Below are positions 9,118-18,874 of a DNA stretch of 64,000 bases, piece after piece (the stretch's first letter is position 1; each line of letters opens with the position of its first letter). The notes beneath the pieces are model-generated. The model saw only the letters and a list, made by a program, of their open reading frames with translations, was not told the DNA's origin and made no database searches. This DNA is from Candidatus Altiarchaeales archaeon. Its GTDB lineage: Archaea; Altiarchaeota; Altiarchaeia; IMC4; SCGC-AAA252-I15. A program made the translations under genes and the position numbers. The stretch spans positions 1-64,000 of the forward strand of contig WJMO01000004.1 of the NCBI GenBank assembly GCA_014727915.1. Direction: 5' to 3'.

Positions 9118-10050
9118 ATGCATTCCAAGCGGAAGAAACCTGTGCATCTGACGTTCAAAGCCCATGTTGACGGTGAAACGTTCAGGTCCCAACCTCTCGC
9201 GGACGATGTGAAGACTTTTGTGTTGGAGGATGCGTCTGGCCGCGAGTTGAACGAGCAGGTTGAGATACTGCATGATAGGAGCACGACCTATTCCTCCGGC
9301 GCGAAAGAATTTGTCGATGAAGCCAGAGCCGCGGGCAAGGAGGTCGTTGCGGGTGAGACGTTTCGAAGCCCCGGGGATAGGGAATTGTATGAGCGGCTAT
9401 CCAAGTCCTCGAATGAGGCTATGAAGGCTGCTTGGATTAACCCGGTGGCTGACTGCATAAGGGATTACTTCGTGAAAAGAGCCGAGTGGGATGCCTTCAG
9501 GCACAAGCTTATCAGACAGACCATCGGTTCAGCATCAAAGGAGGGCCCCCTTGAGGCCCAGTACGGGACCGGGCATTCAACGCTGTCGGCTGAATTATCC
9601 GCTGTCGGCATTGACTCATCGAGGGATATGGGCCCCCTCGTTTTTCCCCATGACACCTGCATCATAAGGAAGCTAGTACGTGGGAAAGATCCGATGGAGA
9701 TATCCGACAGAGAATATAAGGCAGGCTTCGTCTCCATGATTATGCCTGATGACTGGGCGTCTCTCGCCTTTTGCGGGAAGAGTTTGGACGTTCGAACAGA
9801 CAGTGATTCACGTTTTGAGATTCTCGTGCGACACGCTTTGGTGGACCGGCTGACCGAGCAGCAGCTGGATGAGGTTCTGTGGAGGGATGATTTCAAACTG
9901 GTAATGACGTTCAACGGCTTGCCCAATCCACTGGATAGAACGCCCACGCCAGAGGAGGTGCGGGATTTTCTGGACAGGAACTCCAGGGAGAGGCCGAAGA
10001 GCGTGACAGGCATTTTCTGGAAGCGGTTGAGAGGCTCTTCAAGGGTTTAG
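9118..10050 (+). CDS. Hypothetical protein, possibly TraB/ChaN/EreA (TIKI)-like fold
   Basis: Spaced H (FKAH), E (FVLE), R and G.GH (YGTGH) residues; start moved to ATG 9118. Confidence 0.5.
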   Translation: MHSKRKKPVHLTFKAHVDGETFRSQPLADDVKTFVLEDASGRELNEQVEILHDRSTTYSSGAKEFVDEARAAGKEVVAGETFRSPGDRELYERLSKSSNEAMKAAWINPVADCIRDYFVKRAEWDAFRHKLIRQTIGSASKEGPLEAQYGTGHSTLSAELSAVGIDSSRDMGPLVFPHDTCIIRKLVRGKDPMEISDREYKAGFVSMIMPDDWASLAFCGKSLDVRTDSDSRFEILVRHALVDRLTEQQLDEVLWRDDFKLVMTFNGLPNPLDRTPTPEEVRDFLDRNSRERPKSVTGIFWKRLRGSSRV

Positions 10051-10084
10051 GCGTATTTAAGCGCCTGGTCTCCTATTTTCTACG

Positions 10085-10669
10085 ATGTCTGAAAAGCACC
10101 AGAAGCCGAAGAAACTTTTATCCTTGTTGGTCTTGTCTGTTCTTTCATACTCTATTGTAGCCGCGTCCACGGAGTCAGGTTTCACACGCATCAAAGCGGA
10201 CAGGAGCTGCTATGCCATAACGCCCTTTGGCGGCTTTAAGGCCACGTTCAAGAACACCGGCGGCTACCCGATATACCTGAAGACGTCGGAGATCACGGTC
10301 ATGGATGGTTCCTCTCCGAGGGCTCCCACGTGGAAGTGCGAAAACATGCAATCCTCGGCCGAGGTTGTGAATCCTGGGAAATACTTTGAGCTGTCCGCGT
10401 CCGGTTGTGGCGGTGGCTCCCTGGGGGACCCCTATTCAGCATACATAGTCATACCCTACTATGTCGTCATACGGGGCATACAATCAGACTATGCTGACGG
10501 GGGCATACTCACTGGTTCTCTGGAGGGGTTGCCTGAGATGGAGCAGAGGTGCGAGGGATCCAAGGTTCTAAGGAACATAGGATACCCCCTTCTGGCGTTG
10601 TTCTTGGTAGTGCTCCTATTCTCAGTGGCTCGTTACATGAAAAGGGAAGGCGTTGAGGGCAGTATTTAA
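10085..10669 (+). CDS. Secreted protein with pilin-like beta domain and C-terminal TM anchor
   Basis: Signal peptide; GFTRIK...F.N.GG..I...C...F...A.GC..G..GD.Y; C-terminal TM. Confidence 0.7.
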   Translation: MSEKHQKPKKLLSLLVLSVLSYSIVAASTESGFTRIKADRSCYAITPFGGFKATFKNTGGYPIYLKTSEITVMDGSSPRAPTWKCENMQSSAEVVNPGKYFELSASGCGGGSLGDPYSAYIVIPYYVVIRGIQSDYADGGILTGSLEGLPEMEQRCEGSKVLRNIGYPLLALFLVVLLFSVARYMKREGVEGSI

Positions 10670-10706
10670 GCGCTGACACCAGAGTAATTCTTGTTTCATA
10701 AAAAAA

Positions 10707-12617
10707 ATGGAGGAAGGAGACAGCAAGCCAGAGGAGGAGGCTCATCCCACCTTGGACGTTGAGGGCATGGACTCCTGGAATGCATTCAAGACCACTGACG
10801 AGATAAAGGTCCCCACGGTGTTGATAGAGCAGGTAATAGGCCAGGAGAAGGCGGTTGGCATAATCCGGAAGGCCGCCCGCCAGAGGCGTCATATACTCCT
10901 GATAGGGGATCCAGGGACTGGTAAGAGCATGTTGGCCAACGCCATGGCGGAATTGCTTCCCTCAGAGATGTTGGAGGACATAGTCTCCCTCCCTAACCCA
11001 GATGACGAGAACAACCCCAAGATCAAGGTCGTTCACGGTGGTGAGGGTCGTAAGCTGGTTAAGGCGGAGCGTGAGAAGGAGGCTGAGTCCAAGCATGGTG
11101 GCTTCAATGTAATGCCGTTCGTCCTGTTGCTCATAGTTTCCGCGATCATCCTTCACATCACAGGCTTGATCGAGGGCATAGTCTCCGCGGCGTTGATAGG
11201 CTTCGCATTCCTGGTCTTCCTGCTGTTCGGCGTGAACATACGGTTCATGATGGGCGGGCAGAAGAGCATGGCACCACGTGTGATAGTGGACAACAACGAC
11301 CGTGACATGGCGCCGTTCTATGATGGGACGGGAGCCCATGCGGGAGCCCTATTGGGCGACATAAAGCACGACCCGCTACAATCAGGCGGGCTTGGAACCC
11401 CAGCCCACCTAAGGGTTGTGGCGGGTTTGATACACAAGGCCAACAAGGGAGTTCTGTTCATCGACGAGGTTGGGACGTTGGGGAACAGCCAACTCGACCT
11501 GTTGACGGCCATCCAGGAGAAGCAGCTTCCGATAACCGGCCGGAGCGAGATGAGCTCAGGGGCTATGGTGATGACCGACCCGGTACCTTGTGACTTCATA
11601 CTGGTCGCGTCGGGTAACATACAGGTTATAGACCATATGCACCCGGCGTTGAGGTCGAGGATTCGCGGCTACGGGTATGAGATCTTCATGAAGGAGATGA
11701 TTGAGGACAACGACGAGAACCGGAAGAAGATGGTGCAGTTCGTAGCCCAGGAGGTGAAAAAGGACGGTAAGATACCCCACTTCACCGTCGAGGCTGTGGA
11801 GGAGATCATAAGGGAGGCCAAGCGGAGGGCTGGCACCAGGGACAAGCTGACCTTGAAGTTCCGGGAGCTGGGCGGTCTCATACGGGCTGCGGGGGACATT
11901 GCCAACGAGAATAAGCACAAGTATGTCAGTGCAGATGACGTTCTTGAGGGCAAGAAGAGCGCTAAGACGCTGGAGCAGCAGGTGGGAGACTACTTCCTTG
12001 AGCGCAAGAAGGAATATAACATACTAATAACCGAGGGCGACAAGATCGGTCGTGTTAACGGTTTGGCTGTCATGGGCGACGGAGGGACGGTATTGCCCAT
12101 TGTGGCGGAGGTCGCTCCAGCCCACAGCCAGAAGAGCGGGCAGATCATAGCAACCGGGAAGCTAGGGGAGATAGCCAAGGAGGCTGTTACCAACGTTTCA
12201 GCTTTGATAAAGAAGATATCCGGCAAGGACATAAGCAACCACGACATACACATACAGTTCCTCCAGACCTACGAGGGTGTTGAGGGCGATAGCGCGTCCG
12301 TCAGCGTTGCGGTCGCGGTGATGTCCGCGCTCGTCAAGGTCGGAGTGCGGCAGGATGTCGCCATGACAGGTTCGCTCACGGTCCGCGGCGAGGTCCTCCC
12401 CGTTGGAGGCGTCACGCAGAAGATAGAGGCCGCGATAGAAGCAGGGTTAAAGAGGGTCGTGATACCTGAGAGCAACATGAAGGACGTCCTATTGGAAAAG
12501 CGCTATGAGGGGAAGATAGAGATCGTCCCAGCCAAGAACATAGTCGACGTGCTCAAGCACTCGCTGGAAAAAGGCAAGGTTCTGGTTGACAAGGCAGACA
12601 AGCTATTCGACAAATAA
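10707..12617 (+). CDS. lonB: ATP-dependent protease LonB
   Basis: Walker A GDPGTGKS, two-TM insert, LFIDE, EGDSAS catalytic Ser, VGGVTQK catalytic Lys. Confidence 0.97.
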   Translation: MEEGDSKPEEEAHPTLDVEGMDSWNAFKTTDEIKVPTVLIEQVIGQEKAVGIIRKAARQRRHILLIGDPGTGKSMLANAMAELLPSEMLEDIVSLPNPDDENNPKIKVVHGGEGRKLVKAEREKEAESKHGGFNVMPFVLLLIVSAIILHITGLIEGIVSAALIGFAFLVFLLFGVNIRFMMGGQKSMAPRVIVDNNDRDMAPFYDGTGAHAGALLGDIKHDPLQSGGLGTPAHLRVVAGLIHKANKGVLFIDEVGTLGNSQLDLLTAIQEKQLPITGRSEMSSGAMVMTDPVPCDFILVASGNIQVIDHMHPALRSRIRGYGYEIFMKEMIEDNDENRKKMVQFVAQEVKKDGKIPHFTVEAVEEIIREAKRRAGTRDKLTLKFRELGGLIRAAGDIANENKHKYVSADDVLEGKKSAKTLEQQVGDYFLERKKEYNILITEGDKIGRVNGLAVMGDGGTVLPIVAEVAPAHSQKSGQIIATGKLGEIAKEAVTNVSALIKKISGKDISNHDIHIQFLQTYEGVEGDSASVSVAVAVMSALVKVGVRQDVAMTGSLTVRGEVLPVGGVTQKIEAAIEAGLKRVVIPESNMKDVLLEKRYEGKIEIVPAKNIVDVLKHSLEKGKVLVDKADKLFDK

Positions 12618-12687
12618 AAAAATACTTTTCCACTGCACTCTACTCTCTGTATTTAATAAACATATTACTATAAGGTAAGGCTTTAAA

Positions 12688-13629
12688 ATGGACATAGAAG
12701 AACTTCCCGGCGTGGGCGCCACTATAGCGGAGAAGCTGCGGGAGGCCGGATACGACTCTGTCGAGGCGATAGCCGCCGCAGCCACAGCCGAGCTCAAGGA
12801 CGTGGGCGTGGGAGACGCCACGGCGGTCAAGATAATCGCAGCAGCACGGGAATCCCTGAAGATGGGATTCGAGACGGGACTGGATGTCCTGGCCAAAAGG
12901 GACCTGGTGGATAAGATCTCAACGGGCAGCAAGGAATTCGACATACTTTTCGGAGGCGGCATAGAGACCCAGGCGATAACCGAGTTCTTCGGAAAGTTCG
13001 GCTCTGGCAAGACCCAGGTCGCGCACCAGCTGGCTGTGAACGTGCAGCTTCCCAAGGACAAGGGGGGCGCTGAAGCGGGTGCCATATACATCGACACGGA
13101 GAACACCTTCCGCCCTGAGCGTATCCAGCAGATGGCCAAGGCAGCCAACCTGGACCCTGAAGAGGCCCTGTCCAACATAATGGTTGCGAGGGCCTACAAC
13201 TCCGACCACCAGATGCTCCTCGCCGAGAAGGCATCCGAGATAGTCAAGGAGAAGAAAATCAAGCTGGTCGTCGTGGACTCCCTGACAGCGCATTTCCGGG
13301 CCGAGTACACGGGCAGGGGCACATTGGCCTCAAGGCAGCAGAAGCTCAACAGGCACATGCACACCCTCCAAAGGAAGATAGCAGACCTGCATAACGTGGC
13401 TGTCATAGTCACGAACCAGGTCATGTCGCGCCCGGACATAATGTTCGGCGACCCGACCGCACCCATCGGCGGCCACATTGTAGGCCACCACAGTACATTC
13501 CGCGTTTACCTCAAGAAGGGCAAGGGGTCCAAGAGAATCGCCTCATTGATAGACTCCCCTAACATGCCCGATGGCGAGTGCATCTTCGAGGTCGTGACTG
13601 ACGGAATAACTGACGCTAAAGCCAAGTGA
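12688..13629 (+). CDS. radA: DNA repair and recombination protein RadA
   Basis: HhH N-terminus, [28 protein letters not shown]. Confidence 0.98.
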   Translation: MDIEELPGVGATIAEKLREAGYDSVEAIAAAATAELKDVGVGDATAVKIIAAARESLKMGFETGLDVLAKRDLVDKISTGSKEFDILFGGGIETQAITEFFGKFGSGKTQVAHQLAVNVQLPKDKGGAEAGAIYIDTENTFRPERIQQMAKAANLDPEEALSNIMVARAYNSDHQMLLAEKASEIVKEKKIKLVVVDSLTAHFRAEYTGRGTLASRQQKLNRHMHTLQRKIADLHNVAVIVTNQVMSRPDIMFGDPTAPIGGHIVGHHSTFRVYLKKGKGSKRIASLIDSPNMPDGECIFEVVTDGITDAKAK

Positions 13630-14807
13630 TTAAGATGAGGAACATCTATGTTGAGTTCCCCAACGAGAGACCGCTCGATAAACAGGATGTCGAGCTGGTT
13701 GAGCGTAAGGGGATAGGGCATCCAGACAGTATATGTGACGGCCTAGCCGAGGGTGTTAGCCGCGCGCTTTCCCAAGAGTATGTTAAGCGTTTCGGCCATA
13801 TATTGCACCATAACACAGACCAGGTCGAGTTGGTTGGAGGGCGTAGCACTCCCGAATGGGGTGCTGGCGAGATCGACACGCCCATGTACATCCTCCTTTC
13901 CGGCCGTGCGACGACGCAGGTGGGAGACGATGTCATCCCCGTGGGCGAGATAGCCATCGAGGCAGCCAGGAAGTATCTGAAGGAAAATTTCAGGAACATT
14001 GACGTTGACACTTCCGTCATCTTGGACCAGAAGATAGGCATGGGGTCTTCTGACCTCAGGTCGGTGTTCGGCAGGAAGGGCATCCCCAAGGCGAATGACA
14101 CCTCCTTTGGTGTTAGCTTCGCTCCTTTCTCCCTGACGGAGCAGCTCACATATGAGGTTGAGCGTTACATGAATGGCACCATGAAGAAGAAGGTCAAGGC
14201 TTCCGGCGAGGACATCAAGGTCATGGGGGAGCGCTACAAGGACGAGATAATCTTGACCATATGCAATGGCATGGTCTCGAAGCATATCAAGAACATCGGC
14301 GACTACAAGGCCATTATTGAGGAGATGACGGGCCTTGTCAGGGATTTTGTCGCGGGAATAACCGACAAGGACGTAAGGATTGAGATCAACACAGGCGACG
14401 ACATTGACAACCAGAGCGTCTTCCTTACCGTGAGCGGCACCAGTGCCGAGATGGGAGATGACGGCTCGGTTGGAAGGGGTAACCGGGCTAATGGCCTTAT
14501 CACCCCTTATCGTCCTATGAGCTTGGAGGCCACTGCCGGTAAGAACCCTGTGAACCACGTTGGCAAACTGTACAACCTGTTGTCCAAGGAGATCGCGTGC
14601 GAGATCGCGTGCGAGGGCGCTGACCAGGTCTATGTGCGTTTGCTGAGTCAGATCGGGCACCCGATCGATCAGCCTTTGTGTGCGGATGTTCAGGTAGTCG
14701 GCCCTATGAAGCTGGAGAAGCGTGCGGTGGAGATAACGGACTACTGGCTTGAGAACATCCAGGAGATGACCGAGAAGTGTTTGAAGGGCAAGGCGGAGAC
14801 ATTCTAG
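13626..14807 (+). CDS. mat: Archaeal S-adenosylmethionine synthetase
   Basis: [47 protein letters not shown]. Confidence 0.97.
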   Translation: MIKMRNIYVEFPNERPLDKQDVELVERKGIGHPDSICDGLAEGVSRALSQEYVKRFGHILHHNTDQVELVGGRSTPEWGAGEIDTPMYILLSGRATTQVGDDVIPVGEIAIEAARKYLKENFRNIDVDTSVILDQKIGMGSSDLRSVFGRKGIPKANDTSFGVSFAPFSLTEQLTYEVERYMNGTMKKKVKASGEDIKVMGERYKDEIILTICNGMVSKHIKNIGDYKAIIEEMTGLVRDFVAGITDKDVRIEINTGDDIDNQSVFLTVSGTSAEMGDDGSVGRGNRANGLITPYRPMSLEATAGKNPVNHVGKLYNLLSKEIACEIACEGADQVYVRLLSQIGHPIDQPLCADVQVVGPMKLEKRAVEITDYWLENIQEMTEKCLKGKAETF

Positions 14808-14843
14808 TCTTTTTTATTTCTCCCCTCCCATTCTCTTTTTATC

Positions 14844-15284
14844 ATGTATGAGTCTCTCCAGCCGGAGTTGGGGATGTTGTTGCGTGTTTTTTTCGCTTCT
14901 CTGTTAGGTTTTATGATAGGCATTGAGAGGCGTGGTGGTCCCCGTGGCGCAGGTCCCAGGACGTTCTCCCTTATCTGTCTGGGTTCTGCGTTTTTCAGTG
15001 TTTTGGCTGTTGTTTCCTTTCCTGCTGAAACTGCTACCGCCAGGGTTGTTGGGCAGATCGTCACTGGTGTTGGTTTCATAGGTGCGGGCGTCATTTGGAG
15101 GCAGGAGGGTGATATACTGCATGGTATCACGACTGCCGCTGCCATCTGGGTTTCTGCCGCGGTTGGTTTGTCTGTTGGTTTGGGCTATTTTGTTGTGGCC
15201 TTTTTTGTTGCTGTGATGGCTATGTTCATCTTGGCGAGGGGTCATCCTATCGAGGAGGCCAAGAAGCACATATGCACAGAATAA
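14844..15284 (+). CDS. MgtC/SapB family membrane protein
   Basis: IGIER...AG.RTF, QIVTGVGFIGAGVI, GITTAAAIW. Confidence 0.92.
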   Translation: MYESLQPELGMLLRVFFASLLGFMIGIERRGGPRGAGPRTFSLICLGSAFFSVLAVVSFPAETATARVVGQIVTGVGFIGAGVIWRQEGDILHGITTAAAIWVSAAVGLSVGLGYFVVAFFVAVMAMFILARGHPIEEAKKHICTE

Positions 15285-15427
15285 TATCTTTATAGATTTA
15301 GATTTGTAGATTTATTTTCTTTTATGTTTTATCTGGTTTTTATGTCCTATATGATATAAAATTTATTTATGTAAATTCATAAATAATTTTGGTATAGGTA
15401 CAAATCTATAAAGTTAGATATGTAAAT
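15285..15427. promoter_or_regulatory. AT-rich intergenic element with nested inverted repeats (candidate origin/dif-like or protein-binding site)
   Basis: 12-bp IR ctttatagattt (15288-15299)/aaatctataaag (15402-15413); 9-bp IR 15363-15371/15378-15386; repeated TAGATTT. Confidence 0.45.
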
Positions 15428-15832
15428 CTATTTCTTGTCTAGTTTGAATTTGTACCCATACTTTATTATCCCGGAGTCATTGTCCGCGATTATCTTCCTG
15501 AAAACCATCTTGACCTTGCTGCCTACCTTAACGTCCTCAGGGCTGCAGTCGACTATCTGGGAGGTGCACATGGCTCCTTCCTCCAGATTTACTATCGCCA
15601 CGACATATGGCACCTGGTACTCGAAGCCGACGGGCGCGGCCCTCACTACGCTGTAGCTGTATACCTCCCCCCTGCCCGTGAAGGCGAGCCTTTCTATCTT
15701 GCTCTTTCGCCTGCACTCAGGGCATATGTTCCTTGGGGGAAAGAACTTTTCCCTGCAGTTCTTGCACTCGCTCCCGACCAGGTTGTACCTGGGTGGGATG
15801 AGCCTCCAATGCAATGCAAGCCCTTCGACCAT
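15428..15832 (-). CDS. DUF35 Zn-ribbon/OB-fold protein (thiolase-HMGCS scaffold)
   Basis: C..C...FFPPR.IC..C, G.VYSYS, GYKF; adjacent to thiolase. Confidence 0.93.
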   Translation of the reverse strand: MVEGLALHWRLIPPRYNLVGSECKNCREKFFPPRNICPECRRKSKIERLAFTGRGEVYSYSVVRAAPVGFEYQVPYVVAIVNLEEGAMCTSQIVDCSPEDVKVGSKVKMVFRKIIADNDSGIIKYGYKFKLDKK

Positions 15833-17002
15833 CTACTTCACCTCCCTGCTGAAAACATGAACTACCGATGTCGCGCCGCTGCCCCCCACGTTATGCGTCA
15901 ATCCTAATTGGGCGTCCTTAACCTGCCTCTTCCCCGCGTCGCCTCTAAGCTGCATGGTCGCCTCTACGGCCTGGGCGACTCCCGTCGCTCCGACTGGATG
16001 GCCTTTGGCCTTCAACCCTCCTGAGGCGTTGACTGGTATCCTACCCTCCAGTGCTGTCTCCCCATCCTCTGTCAGCCTGCCGCCTTCGCCTGCCTTGCAG
16101 AAGCCGAGGCTCTCCACTGCCATAAGCTCCGCTATTGTGAAGCAGTCATGCACTTCAGCGAAGTCTATGTCTCCTGCCTTAACACCTGCCATCTTGTATG
16201 CCGTGTTCGCTGCTCTGACGGCTGACTCGACCCTGCAGAGGCTCTTCCGGTCATGGAGTGCGAGGGTGTCCGACGCCTGTCCAGAGCCCCTGATCCAAAC
16301 GGGGTTGTCGCTCATCTCCTTTGCCTTCTCCTCGCTTGCGAGTATAACCGCCGCTGCCCCGTCTGTTATGGGCGAGCAGTCCAGCAGCTTTAATGGGTCG
16401 GCGACCGGCGCCGAGCTCATGACATCCTCCAGTTTGAACTGCCTCTTGAACTGGGCGTTGGGGTTCAATGACCCGTTGTGGTGGTTCTTGACGGCTACCA
16501 TCGCCATCTGCTCCTCGGTGGTCCCGTATTCGATCATGTGCCTCCTGGCCATGAGTGCATAGAGCGCGGGGAATGTGGCGCCGTGGAATGCCTCCCACTC
16601 CTGGTCTCCCGCTCCCGCCAATGCCACGGTCGCGTGCTCGACGCTCACGTCGGTCATCTTCTCGACTCCTGCTGCTACTACCACATCGGCGACGCCAGCC
16701 TTTATGGATAGGTAAGCCTCCCTCAGCGCGAGTCCTCCTGAGGCGCAGGCCGCTTCCACCCTGGTTGCGGGTATGCCCTGCAGCCCGGAGTTGTCAGCCA
16801 CCAAAGCGCCTATGTGCTCCTGCTCTATGAAGAGTCCGGGGGTCATCGAACCGACGTACAAAGCCTCTATCTCCGTCCCCTCTATGCCGGCGTCCTTTAT
16901 GGTCTTGACTCCCGCCTCTGTTATGAGGTCCCTGTAGCTCATGTTCCAGAATTCTCCGAACCTGGTCATGCCCGCTCCGATAACTGCGACGTTCATATCC
17001 AT
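15833..17002 (-). CDS. Acetoacetyl-CoA thiolase
   Basis: EAACASG, EVHDCF, GHPVGATG, HNVGG. Confidence 0.95.
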   Translation of the reverse strand: MDMNVAVIGAGMTRFGEFWNMSYRDLITEAGVKTIKDAGIEGTEIEALYVGSMTPGLFIEQEHIGALVADNSGLQGIPATRVEAACASGGLALREAYLSIKAGVADVVVAAGVEKMTDVSVEHATVALAGAGDQEWEAFHGATFPALYALMARRHMIEYGTTEEQMAMVAVKNHHNGSLNPNAQFKRQFKLEDVMSSAPVADPLKLLDCSPITDGAAAVILASEEKAKEMSDNPVWIRGSGQASDTLALHDRKSLCRVESAVRAANTAYKMAGVKAGDIDFAEVHDCFTIAELMAVESLGFCKAGEGGRLTEDGETALEGRIPVNASGGLKAKGHPVGATGVAQAVEATMQLRGDAGKRQVKDAQLGLTHNVGGSGATSVVHVFSREVK

Positions 17003-18055
17003 TCACCTCTTCTGCAGGTGCACGCCCTTTATCTTGCCCTTGTTCTTCGCGTACCTGCTGTAGTCTACGTACTCCTTATCCCCTATCCTATCCATTATCG
17101 GCTCCTTGTTCCTATTCTTATCCATTTCCTTTGTGACTTCTATGACGAACGAGTCCGACCCCGCTCCTGACCCGTATGAGGTCGCCAGTATCAGCTCTCC
17201 CGGCTCTGCCACGTCCAATACGGCGCTCAAACCCAGTGGTGTTGCGCCGGAGTAGGTGTTGCCTATGACAGGCGTCAGCAGGCCGGTTTCTATCTGCTCC
17301 TTCCTGAATCCGAGCATCGAACCCACTGCAAGCGGGAACTTCCCATTGGGCTGGTGGAACACTGCATAGTCGAAGTCTTCTGGTTTCAGGCTGTTGCGTT
17401 CCATTATCTTTTTGCTGGCCGAAGTGACGTGCTTGAAGTATGCCGGCTCGCCCGTGAACCTTGAACCGTGCATGGGGAAGTCCTGGCCCTCCCGCCTCCA
17501 GAAGTCGGGGGTGTCAGTGGTGAACGAGTAGGTGTCCCGTATCTCCGCTATAACCCGCTTCTCACCTATGATATAGGCCGCCCCGCCGGCTGATGCGGTG
17601 TATTCGAGCGCGTCCCCGGGGCGTCCCTGGCTGGTGTCCGCGCCGATGGCCATGCCATATTTCACAGTCTTCGACTTTGATAGCGCATAGCACGTCTGTA
17701 TGGCTGCGGTCCCCGCCTTGCAGGCGAACTCGTAGTCGGCTGCCGTTAGGTCGGGCGTTGCCCCGACCGCTTCCGCGACTATGGTCGCAGTGGGCTTCAC
17801 AGCGTAGGGGTGGGATTCGCTGCCCACATAAACCGCTTCGATGTCCTTCGGGTCTATATTCGCGTGCCTGACTGCCGTCCTCGCTGCTTCGACCGATATC
17901 GTTACGACGTCCTCGTCCAGTGCCGGGACGCTCTTCTCCTTCACGTTCAATCCCCTGCTGAGCCGTTCTCCGTCCCCTCCCCATACAACGCTTATGTCGT
18001 GGGTCCTTATCCTGTACCTGGGCACGTATGCGCCGTATCCTACTATCCCTGTCAT
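17003..18055 (-). CDS. mvaS: Hydroxymethylglutaryl-CoA synthase
   Basis: [41 protein letters not shown]. Confidence 0.96.
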   Translation of the reverse strand: MTGIVGYGAYVPRYRIRTHDISVVWGGDGERLSRGLNVKEKSVPALDEDVVTISVEAARTAVRHANIDPKDIEAVYVGSESHPYAVKPTATIVAEAVGATPDLTAADYEFACKAGTAAIQTCYALSKSKTVKYGMAIGADTSQGRPGDALEYTASAGGAAYIIGEKRVIAEIRDTYSFTTDTPDFWRREGQDFPMHGSRFTGEPAYFKHVTSASKKIMERNSLKPEDFDYAVFHQPNGKFPLAVGSMLGFRKEQIETGLLTPVIGNTYSGATPLGLSAVLDVAEPGELILATSYGSGAGSDSFVIEVTKEMDKNRNKEPIMDRIGDKEYVDYSRYAKNKGKIKGVHLQKR

Positions 18056-18759
18056 GTCAGCATCCTCCCGAGTCTATCTATTAGCGTGTCTTCGCTTTTA
18101 ATCTTTGACACGACCAACGGTATCCTCTCGCTTTCCGCTATGTGCTTGGCGAGGCTGTCCACCTTGTCGGGTGTCGGTCCGTGCAAGACTATCATCTCAG
18201 GCTTAGGCTGAGTTACCTTCACGGCTATCATCGGCGACCTGCCCATCTTCACCTTTGTGAATATGAGCGCCCTGTCTGTGCTGGAACCGTATATGCTCCT
18301 GAACTCACGCTCTGACATGTTCATTATCGCCTGTATGCTGTCTATTATCGTGTATCCTCTCAGGTCCCTGTTGGATAGCAGCCTCTTGTTGGCGACCACT
18401 TCCCCCTCAACTGCTTTCACGAGCCTGCTGGCCTTCACGGGTTTTGGGAGTTCTCTGAGTTCTATTATAGCGTCTGTGACGGGGCTCACTATGAACTTGC
18501 TTATGGTCTTTCCTCCTCTCTCCTCGTCCACGGTTATCAGGGTCTCCACGAACCTCTTCACGAAGCCCGTGCCAGGGGAGTTCCGCCTGCCGGACTCGTA
18601 GTCTGATATCACCGACGGGGATAATTTCAGCCTGCTGGCTAGTTCTCCTTGTTTCAGCCCGAATATCTCCCTCCACTTTCTCATGGAATCCGAGGACTTG
18701 TCAGCCAGCGTTATGTCGCCGGCTATGTTCTTGGCCACGCTCTCTTTCGCAGTCAACAT
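18052..18759 (-). CDS. XRE-type HTH transcriptional regulator with C-terminal DRTGG-like domain
   Basis: MRKWRE.F...[18 protein letters not shown]; GYT.IDS; GRSPMIA; overlaps HMGCS start. Confidence 0.88.
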   Translation of the reverse strand: MLTAKESVAKNIAGDITLADKSSDSMRKWREIFGLKQGELASRLKLSPSVISDYESGRRNSPGTGFVKRFVETLITVDEERGGKTISKFIVSPVTDAIIELRELPKPVKASRLVKAVEGEVVANKRLLSNRDLRGYTIIDSIQAIMNMSEREFRSIYGSSTDRALIFTKVKMGRSPMIAVKVTQPKPEMIVLHGPTPDKVDSLAKHIAESERIPLVVSKIKSEDTLIDRLGRMLT

Positions 18760-18874
18760 GCCGTCAAATAATAAGCCAACCCACTATATAAATCGTCGAA
18801 AAATCAATCGTCTATTGTCGAAGTTGATTTTTTAATAGGGGACCTCCCTATACCTTAATCCACTTTCTGTTGGG

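Noticed and set aside
12626-12636. ttttccactg resembling half of an ORB element
   Set aside because: A single partial match in the radA promoter region with no partner box or G-string
14589-14614. Short tandem gagatcgcgtgc repeat in mat
   Set aside because: In-frame 12-bp duplication (EIAC-EIAC) with no sign of wider significance
13743-14660. Long antisense ORFs (e.g. 305 aa opposite mat, 389 aa at 40322-41491)
   Set aside because: Shadow frames of well-supported genes with no recognisable motifs
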